The position numbers and the translations under genes were made by a program. From Octopus vulgaris (taxonomy: Eukaryota), in NCBI GenBank assembly GCA_951406725.2, contig OX597819.1:33852001-33916000 (forward strand): 64,000 bases of DNA. The letters are read 5' to 3'. Positions 52,668-64,000 of the stretch are shown here, piece after piece. A model generated the notes under the pieces. It was not told where the DNA came from and made no database searches. It saw only the letters and a list, made by a program, of their open reading frames with translations. The number at the start of each line of letters is the position of its first letter. Position 1 is the stretch's first letter.

Positions 52668-52820
52668 GTATATGTGTGTATGTGTGTGTACGTGTGTGTG
52701 TGTATACATGCTTATGTATACATATTATACATACATATATATTATATATACATATGTATATATATTGTACATACATATGTGTGTGTACATGTGTGTGTGT
52801 ATATATATTATACATATGTG

Positions 52821-52865
<45 letters not shown>

Positions 52866-52973
52866 ATATATTTCTTTATATTTACATATGTATATATAAA
52901 CTTGTATACTAGTTTGTGTGCACATATGTGTACTTGTATGCATACACATTCTTAGCATCATGTTTTATTTCAG

Positions 52974-53124
52974 AATCCCCTGCTCTGTTGACCATAATCT
53001 TCACTTCACTACTCTACCACCACCACCACCACCACCACCACCACCACCATTACACCCATTTATTTTGACTGATAAGAGAAGGAAGAGTCAATTTTCTGAA
53101 GAGGACAATGAGATACGGTTTTTG
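52974..53124 (+). CDS. Weak candidate exon with poly-Pro
   Basis: Strong acceptor ttttatttcag and an open frame IPCSVDHNLHFTTLPPPPPPPPPPPLHPFILTDKRRKSQFSEEDNEIRFL, but only a weak donor (GTATAG). Confidence 0.2.
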
Positions 53125-53156
53125 GTATAGTTGGCAGGAAAGAATGTGAATATATA

Positions 53157-53913
53157 TAGGTGCAGGAGTGGCTGTGTAGTAAGTAGGTAGCTTACCAACC
53201 ACATAGTCCGGGTTTCAGTCCCACCTTGGGCAAGTGTCTTCTGCTATATCCTCAGCTGATAAAGCCTTGTGAGTGGATTTGGAAGACAGAAACTTAAAAA
53301 GCCAATCTGATATGTATGTATATATATATATATGTTTGTGTGTCTGTGATTGTCCCCATACCATCACTTGACAACCGATGTTGGTGTGGTCATGTCCCTG
53401 TAACTTAGCGGTTTGGCAAAAGCGACAGATGGAATAAGTACTAGGCTTACAAAAGAATAAGTCCTGGGGTCGATTTGTTTGACTAAAGATGGTGCTCCAG
53501 CATGGCCGCAGTCAAATGGCTGAAACAAATAAAAGAATATAAGAAAAAAGAATAATTAGAAAAATACCTTGCTCCCACACAGATGAGCACATGTGTGCAT
53601 GTCAGTGTGTAAACAAGTGAGTGATAGCCAAATATATTCTGGGTTGGGAAGGCCAATGTAACTAATTTTTTCCAATAGTCAAGTGAAAAATACAGTGTGC
53701 TAAAGTTTTGGAAATTTCTTCACTAGAAATTCATACAATAATGTAGGCATAGCTGCGTGGTAAGAAGTTTACTTTACATCCACATGATTTGGGGTTCAAT
53801 CCCACTGTGTGGCCTCTTGGGCAAGTGTCTCCTTCCACAACCTTGTGCTGACCAAAGCCTTGTGAGTGAATTTCATAGGTGGAATCTGAAAGGAGCCTGT
53901 CATATATATGATA

Positions 53914-53976
<63 letters not shown>

Positions 53977-54185
53977 GCATGTGTGTGTGTGTGTGTGTGC
54001 GCGTGTATCTGAGTGTGTCTTTGCGTGTGTGTTGTGTGTTCGCCACCCCACCACTTGACAACTGGTATTAGTTTCTTCACATCCCTGTAACTTAGTGGTT
54101 TGGTAAAAGACCAAGTACTGAGGCCAATTTGATCGACTAAAATTCTTCAAGTATTGTTGCAGTCTAAGGACTGAAGCCAGTAAAA
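53157..54185 (+). mobile_element. Two SINE family A copies (53157-53540, 53745-54185)
   Basis: Family A head, CORE-like segment and tail motifs. Confidence 0.8.
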
Positions 54186-54499
54186 GAAGAAGCAAGGGTG
54201 TGTGTGTGTGTGTGAGTACACTCACACATAAACACATATGCACACACACACATTTGCATAATGAGTTCAATAAAGTGACAGACAGACAATGTATGAAAAA
54301 TTTTGAAAGCTGTGGAAAGAATATCTGAAACAGCGGAATAGAACTTCCTTTAATATTGGGAGGAAAATAATAACTGGTTCCACCCTTAAGAGATGTAAAA
54401 TCAATTTCTAAAAAGAACACAGTTCCAACAACCCACTTTTGAAAGAAACGAAAGTGAAAGTATATGCAGATATGAATAAACAACTCATATGAGCAAATT

Positions 54500-56500
54500 A
54501 TATAAGCCCAGAACAACATCGTACTAATTTTATAATTCATAGTAAATTGATTTCAAACCAGAAGAAATAGAAGCAACTCACAAATGGGAAATACATCAAC
54601 AAGGAAAAATGGTTTTCAAACTAGGAACATCACTATTTCCCCAACAATGAGAAATAATCAAAACAAATTTGAATCTTACATAAGAATCACAGAAACTGAA
54701 AGCATCTAATAATCTCAGACAACAAAATTGCAATAGAAACCATAGTAATAGAATTACAAATACCAATGCAAACTGACGAAATTACAGTTACCATTTTTTA
54801 CACCTGATCTAGAAGAACTGAGACACATGTTGGAAAAACTGAAAGTAATAAGATTATTAAAAAGAATATTAACAGTACAACAAATTGATATAGTGGCAAA
54901 TTAAATAAAATTTACTATAACTACCCAGAGAGCAAATTACAATGAAATTAAAGATGACATTTCAGAATTTTGTGGAAAAATTTTGAATTACAGGAGAGTT
55001 ATTTGATAAGAATAATGATGACGAATCACTTGTGAGAAACAAAAGCAAATTTTCTTCACTAAAGCATAAGAATAGAATATTTGATGGCTTTTGTGACCAC
55101 ATTTTGAATTTTCCATATAATAACAAAGAATTAAGTTAAATCAGCACAACTCAATGGGAAAAGATTATTGGATTAAATAATAATAATGAACTAACAATTA
55201 AAGAATTGGATAAAGAGAGTGAAGTTATATTGCTGGATACACTGAATATTATAAAAATCTTATATCCATGCAAGTAGACAATATTCATTACAAAAAGGAT
55301 CATAAACTATAACCAACAGAAAGTAATGAAAAATCTTATAACTTTGTTACATTTATATTAAAAAGTATTGACATATGAAGAATGTGGTCATATAACTACT
55401 TTTAAATACAAATCTAGTTTTTTTTTCTATGATTTACTAAAAATCCACTAAAGCAAAATCATAAGTAAAGCATGCAAAGATCCAACATGTGAAACACACT
55501 GCTTTTAGTGATTTTAAAAATATTATATTAAAACCATTTCTAAAACATATAAAACATTTTAGAAGAGTTGATATAAATATGCTGAACTACCTTCCATGAA
55601 TGATCAAAGAAAACGCTTATTGTATTTTTTGATGAAGTGGATTTGTATACAAACCTCCCTATGACTATGGAGTAAAAGCAATAACATTCTGGTTGAAGAA
55701 TTATGCAGAATTACCAGAAGATAGAAAAAAAGAATTAATAACTGAAGGATGAAAATTTATTCTTCAAAATGAATAATTCAAAATAAATAATTTATAGGTG
55801 TAGGAGTGGCTGTGTGGTAAGTAGCTTGCTTACCAACCCACATGGTTTTGGGTTCAGTCCCAATGCGTGGCACTTTGGGAAAATGTCTTCTACTATAGCC
55901 TCGGGCCAACCAAAGCCTTATGAGTGGATTCGGAAGACGGAAACTGAAAGAAGCCCGTCGTATATATGTATGTATATATATATATATGTATGTATGCGTA
56001 TATGTTTGTGTGTCTGTGTTTGTCCCCCAACATCGCTTGACAACCAATGCTGGTGTGTTTATGTCCCCGTAACTTAGCGGTTTAGCAAAGAGACCAATAG
56101 AATAAGTACCAGGCTTACAAAGAATAAGTCCTGGGGTTGATTTGCTTGACTAAGGGCAGTGCTCCAGCATAACAACAGTCAAATGACTGAAACAAGTAAA
56201 AGAGTAATTCTCAGTTGATGTAACTACTAGTAACAATAAGCTGGAACTGCAATGAGCACAAAAGTAACCCTACTCTATGTAAATTTTGTCTTGGGGTATT
56301 TGGATATCACAATGTATTAAGAATCTGTAAAGAAATATGGAAACATTTCCTCTCAAATACATAAGACAGAACTGGAGAAGATTTCTAGATGATTGCTTCA
56401 TTGTTTGGATCAAAGCACAGAGAAACGAAATCAGTTTAAAATACTACATAAAGGAATAAATAACAGTCAGTTCACAATGAAATATGGTCAAGAAAAAGTG
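54500..56500 (+). pseudogene. Degraded Penelope-like element reverse transcriptase, split by a SINE
   Basis: Ordered PLE RT motifs: FYDLLKIH (FYGLPKIHK, ~55425), LKPFLKHI, FDEVDLYTNLP (~55628), GTAMSTKVTLLYVNFVLGYL (~56243), NWRRFLDDCFIVW (~56370) and QFTMK. The 5' boundary is approximate. Confidence 0.85.
55797..56205 (+). mobile_element. SINE family A, full-length, inserted in the PLE RT
   Basis: Complete head-to-tail copy. Confidence 0.85.
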
Positions 56501-56654
56501 GCTGATAAAAATGAAACATCATGAGAGTGTGAAAAAGAGAAATTACTATCTTGAGAAGCCACATAATGGACAGAGTATTTTCTTTTCTTATCTTTTTTTC
56601 TCAAAACTCGCTGACTGGGCAATAGTCAACAAGGGATCAACAAACTGTTACTGA

Positions 56655-56865
56655 ATTAGAACCTTGGCCGTTCGCCAGCCTCGTCTGGCACCTGTGTCGA
56701 CGGTACATAAAAAGCACCCACTACACTCACGGAGTGGTTGGTGTTAGGAAGGGCATCCAGCTGTAGAAACACTGCCAGATCTGACTGGCCTGGTGCAGCC
56801 TTCGGGCTTCCCAGACCCCAGTTGAACCGTCCAACCCATGCTAGCATGGAAAGCGGACGTTAAAC

Positions 56866-56912
<47 letters not shown>
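56655..56912 (+). mobile_element. RTE 3' UTR fragment with (GAT)n tail
   Basis: Same UTR as 31330-31440 and 46728-46895. Confidence 0.8.
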
Positions 56913-56913
<1 letters not shown>

Positions 56914-57672
56914 ACCCCAAACAAAAAGTGGTTATTGAGTTCAGCAACTTTATTTCGTAGATTCAAAAATGCAATAAAAGTTCAATACCTAAAGATTGTT
57001 TTGTTGTTTTTCTGATGTCAGTGTTTGAAAAATAATTTATTTTGTTTGTTTTTAGATTTTAAAGTTAAGCAGTAACCTCAGCTGTTGTTGTTAATGTTAT
57101 TATCAATGTTGTTGATTTTTTCTTTCAATAATTGATGGAATGAAAAAAAATTAACCAAGGAGAACAGCATAGAAAACTAAAATAAAAAAATATTTTAAAA
57201 ATTAAAAGGCAAAAGAGATATGTAATACAAAACACTTTTGAGATTGTAAATGAAAATTAATTGAGTAAAACGTTGTCAAACAAAATCAAGCAAAAGGTTA
57301 TTATTAGAAGCAAACCAGATTGCTGTCTTTTTCAAAAGCTTCTTGTGGCACTAAATTTGCCATTCTCCTAGCAACCGGTGTTTGTCACTGCTGCTACTGC
57401 AGTTGTTGTTGTTACTGTACCTGTGACACAAAATTACTGAATTAGAGACATTGATTACCATTTCTAGTCCTGCTATCCTAACTTTATTTTGGGACAAGTT
57501 GTTTTTCACAGATCTTCTCAAGCCCAGCCCAAAAATTTTGTTACCTGTGTCCTTTTCTAAGATGGTGAGGTGTGATATAAAAGAGATTAGGCTGCTATTT
57601 CTGGTAGGTCTATCAACAACAAGGTATGATCTACAGAGTCAGCAATGCTTCAAAGGAAAAAGACCATGTCAT

Positions 57673-57831
57673 AGGTGCAGGCATGGCTGTGTGGTAAGAA
57701 GCTTGCTTCCCAACCACATGGTTCCAGGTTCAGTCCCACTGTGTGGCACCTTGGACAAATGTCTTCTACTATAGCTTTGGGCTGACCAAAGCATTATGAA
57801 TGGATTTGGTAGACGAAAATTTGAAGAACAT

Positions 57832-57867
<36 letters not shown>

Positions 57868-58110
57868 TGCACATGTGTATATGTGTGTGTGTTTGTCTTT
57901 GTGCCTGTGTTTGTTTCCCGCCATCACATGAGATCTGGTGTGTCTACATCCCTGGAACTTAGTGGTTCAGCAAAAAGAAACCAATAAAATAGGTATCAGG
58001 ATTTAAAAAGAAAAAAAAAATAAGTATTGGAATTGATTCATACAACTAAAAATTCTTCAAGGTGGCACCTCATTATGGCCACAGTCTAATGACTGAAACA
58101 AGTAAAAACG
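57673..58110 (+). mobile_element. SINE family A copy
   Basis: Head ggtgcaggcatggctgtgtggtaagaag through tail gactgaaacaagtaaaa. Confidence 0.8.
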
Positions 58111-58394
58111 TAAACAGGTATGTCATCTGCAGAAGGTCCTCACCTGAAAGCACTCTCAGACTCTGAGCATAATCTTTCAACAATATTCTGCACTCTTTTT
58201 AGAACCACACAAAGACCTTTCAAATGATACTCAGCAAAGAGATGCTTTTATAGTTGTAGCAATCACTGCATCAACTTTGCTTTCATCCTTTCAGGGTTGA
58301 TAAATTAGGTACCAGTTGTATACTGAGGTCGATCTAATCGACTGGTCCTGGCCTCCCAAAATTTCAGGCCATGTGCCTAGAGTAGAAAAGAATA

Positions 58395-58660
58395 TTGCAG
58401 TCTCCCTTGTCCTATAGTACTGCCCCTTCTTTCCGGGGTCGGCACAGTAGTTTGTATAGGTAGTGCCCTTTGCACACTTGATGGGCCCTGGTGAAATGCC
58501 ATCCAATCCTGGTGTCTTACAGGTGGGAAGACAGTCAATGGTTTTATTCAGAAATTCAGCAATCAATAATGCATTTATTTCTACCATCACTGACAGGTGC
58601 TTTATGGAGATTTTATATAATCCCCTCAACCAAGTCCCAAGAGACGAGACCGTTGTATGG
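58395..58660 (-). pseudogene. RTE/BovB-like LINE RT N-terminal fragment
   Basis: LNKTIDCLPTCKTPGLDGISPGPIKCAK resembles the conserved LxxGKAPGxDGIPxE motif. Confidence 0.6.
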
Positions 58661-61269
58661 TAAATAAATATTTGTAGTAATAATCCAAATTATTACATCC
58701 CTGAAGATGATGACTGGGTGACAGAAGATGATCTGTTGTAAGAAGCTAAAGATAGTTCACAGCTGGAACAACATATTGACATTTCTTGAGGCAGAGATAA
58801 GGAGGGAGAGAGGGAGAGAGAGGGAGAGAGAGAGAGAGAAAGACAGACAGAGAAAAGTAGAAAGATAGATAGAGAGTGAGAAGGAGATTAAGAGAGAGAA
58901 TGAGAGAGAGAGGAAGAGAGAAGGGCTACTAATAATTCTGATGACGATGTTGAGGAGGAGGCAGAGGAGAATATGAGGGTTTTTTTTTTTATCTTGGTAA
59001 CTTTTACAGGAGGTGGGGGGATGCAGTGTTTAGAACAAGCCTACTAAAGAATGAAGTATGGTAATTGGTGAGAATGCCATAATATGGTGCTGGATGCAGC
59101 TATCATAGTTCCTGTAACATTCATTGTTTATACAATGCTTAGTTTTACGACATCCTAATTTCCTGTTTCATTTCCCCCTATTCTAATTTCTTAGTAACTG
59201 AGTAGTCATTTTATGAACATATTACTCCAAGAACCTGAACCTACAGATTAGAGATTAATTTTTCAGGTCATTAGCGATAAAAAAGAATTTTTTTTTCTAA
59301 TTTTAAATTCTCTTTTTAATGCTTCCCGTTTGACCTGGGTCAATCTATAGAACTCCACCAGTGGTCATATGGAAGTTATGTCCCTTCGTAACACCCTTAC
59401 AACTAATTATTTCTAACTCTAGACATAGTAAGGTTACACTCTTTCGAAAAGAGGCCCCAGAAGAATACTAAAAAAAAAAAGTCAACTCTAGTGGGATTGT
59501 AACTGAGAATGTAAAGCAAAGTCACTAAAAGCCATAAGATATTTTGTCTGACACTTTACTGAGTCTACCAATTTCCGCAGCCATTTTGTGAAACACTCCA
59601 GTGATTTTACCAATTCCACTGCCATTTTATGAAACACTTTGCCGACTCCACCAATTCTACCAACTCTACTGTTATTCTATGAGAGACTCTACCACTTCAC
59701 TACTGCTGCCACCACCACCACCACCATAACTGCCACCAATTTTAAATTTGAAGATAAATCAATAACAGCCACTCAATTTGCAAATTGTTACAAATTTGTT
59801 TATATAACTGTGGTCATCAGTGTTTCAGAGATTTTAAAGAAATACTCTGGCTTTTATTATGGTTCATTAACAATTTCTTAATTAGCAGTGTAATTTGTTG
59901 AGAAGAATGCTCTAATTATTATTATTATATTCGATGTGAATGATACTGTAATTTTGAAATGTCTTAGTAAAGTACCAGATTTTCTAAACAGCTTCACTAA
60001 AGAGTGGCTTTAACATTCTTTAATTATTTGGAAGTTCAATTTAAAAGCTATTTTCCATGAAACAGGTTTAACCTCTACTCATTTCTAACAGCGGCATCTA
60101 GGAAATGTAAATTGCCAACCACTCAGGTTTTAACAAAAAAGAAAGTAGTATGATACCAGGCCATTTCTGTGGTGGTGGACTTTCCTGTCATAAAAAACAA
60201 AGGAGAGTTCTGCAACTTCTTGCAGAACAATTTGCGCAGATGCAGTGATCAAACAGTTGATGCTGTACATTAGCTCACTACTTCCATCAAACTGATGTTG
60301 CTTGTTCAAATGCAAAATGCTCCACATGTCAGATGCCAATGTGACTTCAAAGTCACATGAAATGAAGTGCTTTATTCAACAGCACACTGCACCACTTGAT
60401 CTGGGAATTGAAACCAAGATCTTATGATCATGAGTGCAACATACTAATCACTCACTAAGCCAAGGGTAGAACAATTAAAATCTTTCAAAATAATAATAAA
60501 AGAATTAAAAGAGGAAGCAAACAAAATTCATAACAACATCACGCAATCAAACTGTTTTAACAACTGGATCAGTTATACAGATATGACCACATACAGATAT
60601 GGGACCACTCAGAGAATTGAGAAGGGTGTCGGGCTACTTGATCCTTTCAGAATAATGATACAAATGGGAGCTGGAGATTGCATGATTTTCTACAATATTT
60701 GATACAGAATCATATCATCCTTAGATTCTGTCAAAGAAATTCCATTGAAAACAGGTTTTCTAGTCACCAATAGTCTTTGAACCTGGAGTTATTTCAGTAA
60801 AGGAAAAGAGATCAGATTAAAATTATCAAAAATATCCCCTTAAAAATAGATGATTATTTAGCAGAAAACGATAAACAACTAACAAGTAACAATTGAAGGG
60901 AACAGAAAAGCAGATGAATTGGCAAAAGAGGGAACACAAAAAGAAATGATATAGATGGCATTCCAAGTCAAAGCATTTAGCAAAAGCATAATTGGTCAAG
61001 GATGGAAAAATATTTGGAAGAATCCAGAGATAAACTATTGAACTTTTATCTCCAACAATCACAGCAAGGTCTATGAATCTATGAAACATATCACACAATG
61101 AGCAAGGTTAATAAACAAAGAATTTATTGGCTTCAAACAGGTCATATTCCTTTGAAGTATAATTCTTTCATGAATAGGTCATCGGCAATCACCTTTATGC
61201 TGCTGTGGGGAGTATTCAGAAACCTTCTGATATTATCAATCTGTGTGTCTGTGTATGTGTGTATGTGTA

Positions 61270-61306
<37 letters not shown>

Positions 61307-62050
61307 TAGAGAGAGAGGGGGGACGTTTTTAGAATGTTCCTTAAAAGCCTGACAATATTAGGGATTCAATTAGGAGGCACACCAAACAAAATGCTTAACA
61401 ACATTTTGTTTTTATGTTTTGTGTTCAAATTCTGTGGAAGTTGACTTTGCCTTTTATCCTTTCAGGATCGATGTAATTGTCTTACCCACTTCCCCCAAAT
61501 TGCTGGCCTTGTACCAAAATTTGAATCCAAATATTAAAGACGCTGAGCTGACAGAATTGTTTGCATGCCAGGTGAAATGCTTAACAGCATTTCATCTGTC
61601 TTTATGTTCTGAGTTCAAATGCTGCCAAGGTTGACTTTAACTTTCAACCTTTTGGAGTCAATAAAATAAGTACCAGTTGACTACTGGGGTCAATGTAATC
61701 AACTTACCCACTTCCCCAAAATTGCTGGCCGTATACCAAAATGTGAAACTAATATTAGAAATGCAATAAATTTTCAGGAATCTACCAACTACAGATAAGT
61801 TCTTTCACTTCATGGAAACTACAAAACGATTTAACAACTACAAACGATTTAACGATTTAACTCTTCATTCATGGGTCTTCTCTCTCCCATTTTTTCCTCT
61901 TTTTTCTAGCTTTTCTTCATTTATTTTCAGTTTAGTTACTGTGTACCTCCTCAGTCAGTCAAAGCTTTCCAACTTTACATGGACATTTAAACTGATTGAA
62001 TAAATAAGTATATTTGAAAGGTAGCAGTGGCAAAACAAAACGAAAAAAAA

Positions 62051-62540
62051 TATTATTTACATTATTTACATTCAACAAATATTTGTTCTCATCTTGTTTG
62101 TTGTTAACACAACGTTTTGGCTGATATACCCTCCAGCCTTCTTCTGGTGTCTTGGGGAAATTTCGAACCTGGGTTTTCATTCCTAAGGTATTATTCGATG
62201 TTATTATTATTATTATTACTATTATTATTATTATTATTCAGATAACTGCCTGGATTCTAATGTGGAATCTTGGGTTTAGTAATCCGTGCTCTTAACCACT
62301 ACGCCATATGCCTGTGGGCAATTATGGAGTGAATTTTTAGGGCTTATAAATCTAATATTTTCCTATTTTTCCTTAATACCGGTTCCCATATGCTATTCAT
62401 ATCTGCACTTGGTCTGCTTAGGAGGTTGTTGTGTCTCATCATATGTGCTGCTTCTTTCAGTTTTTGTATTTTCCAGTGGTTTTCTCTGTCTATAAATTTA
62501 ACTTCATCCCACAAATATCCACCAAATGTAAATAATGTAT
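62051..62540 (-). mobile_element. Third copy of the tRNA-head/hammerhead Penelope-derived element
   Basis: Collinear with 37861-38360, including the GIY-YIG C-terminal remnant and the same inversion junction. The hammerhead at 62106-62151 is mutated (CAGAAGA, AAAACGTT). Confidence 0.8.
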
Positions 62541-63024
62541 ACTACTGCTAGGTAGTTGAATACTGCTCCAGAAGCAAATAGGAAATAACACTTACTGACC
62601 AAAGACCAAAAATAAAAGTTTAGTTATACAGTGTAATCAAATATCCTAATGAAAGCAAAATGCATATTTTTGTTTAGCTGCAGGTCAGCCCCAATCAAAA
62701 AAAAAAAAAATTTTCTTATCAAAAGCATTCCTACCCACAAAGTGTGTATAGAACTACTTTATCTATGTGTCTATTCATATCTAGAAAAAGAAGGTGTCAT
62801 TTTAATACGATATAGCTGCTATTTCTAGCAGTCTTGTAGCCATTTGTGCCATGTTCTTAAAATATATGAACATGACTATCATTTGCAGAACTTTAACAAG
62901 TCTTTATGGTCAGTAATATACTTTGCAACATGAAAATATAATTATACCCACGCCCACTCACACAGCACACATGAGTGTACTCCTCACAGACACACACATA
63001 CACATAGTGACACATACACACTGG

Positions 63025-63067
<43 letters not shown>

Positions 63068-63417
63068 TCATACACATATATACACAGTATGTAAGTAACA
63101 CACTACAACATATGAAAATAATACATATATTTAATCTGTGAATAAGATGAGAATAACATTCATTACAAAAACAATTAATATTCCTTGTAATTAGTAGTGA
63201 TATAATTAATTCTGAAGTAATTATTATTCAACGCAAAAGGTAGACTTATATCAGAATCTTAAAAAGAGGGAATCTACCAATTATGAATGTAAACAAGTTT
63301 TGGAATTTGGAAGATCAGAAAGTGAGTGGAAATCAGTGTTTGTATGAGTGTGTGCATGTGTGAATGTGTGAACGTGCAAACTACAATAGATCGGTGTGTA
63401 TGCATATACATACATAC

Positions 63418-63478
<61 letters not shown>

Positions 63479-64000
63479 ATATATATATATATATACACAC
63501 ACACATGTATACATACATACATACATACACATATACACATTTACAGAACCGTGCAAGAGTCTTTGGCCACTTTAAAACTATTGTAAATTTCTACTAATTG
63601 CCAGCTTATTAGTGGATGTTGCACATTGTGGTTTTTTTACAAATGAAACATTGGCACTGATGGAGTCATTTCCAAACCTAATCATTATATTTTGAAGTAG
63701 ATGTTCTGAACGGGAGGGAAAGATGTGAGACGACCACCGAAAATGGCTGGGCAAAAGCTTTCAGCCACCTCACAAAAACCAATCAAGATACAGTCTTTTA
63801 AAACAGAAAAATGTCTATAATGAAATTTTGTTACATAATGTTCATTTCAAGAAGTTACTGTGCATTGTTAATATTTCGTGTGGCTTCCCTTAACTTAACT
63901 AACTGCTTCAATGCGCCTGGGAAGAAATGTGTACAAACCCTTCACCATCTTCACAGGAATGAGATGCCATTCTCTGTGGCTGAGCTCTCACAACTCTTCA

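Noticed and set aside
53731-54540. 269-aa minus-strand ORF
   Set aside because: It runs antisense through a SINE A copy and (CA)n, so it is a chance ORF.
60480-61200. Possible CR1/L2 LINE remnant
   Set aside because: It is A-rich and suggestive, but no motif could be read with confidence. The same applies to 9480-10100, 21420-22010 and 63670-64000.

Overview
AT-rich, microsatellite-saturated eukaryotic DNA. The SINE/LINE families look like those of an octopus (coleoid cephalopod) genome. The window is mostly intronic or intergenic, and no intact multi-exon protein-coding gene can be supported; almost all listed ORFs are translations of simple repeats or SINEs. It contains decayed mariner and Tc1 transposase relics, piggyBac-, hAT- and Merlin/MULE-like MITEs, two non-autonomous Helitrons, RTE-LINE fragments, three abundant tRNA-derived SINE families and a degraded Penelope-like (PLE) reverse transcriptase. 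The main signal is a set of Penelope-derived short elements with minimal type-I hammerhead ribozyme motifs. One family (3 copies) has a tRNA-like Pol III head just after the GIY-YIG stop codon. A second group forms long palindromes plus an unpaired tail, inserted into (TA)n tracts and sharing an ACCCTWA terminal motif. A few minus-strand exon-like segments hint at a host gene. Coordinates of degraded repeats are approximate and were read by eye.
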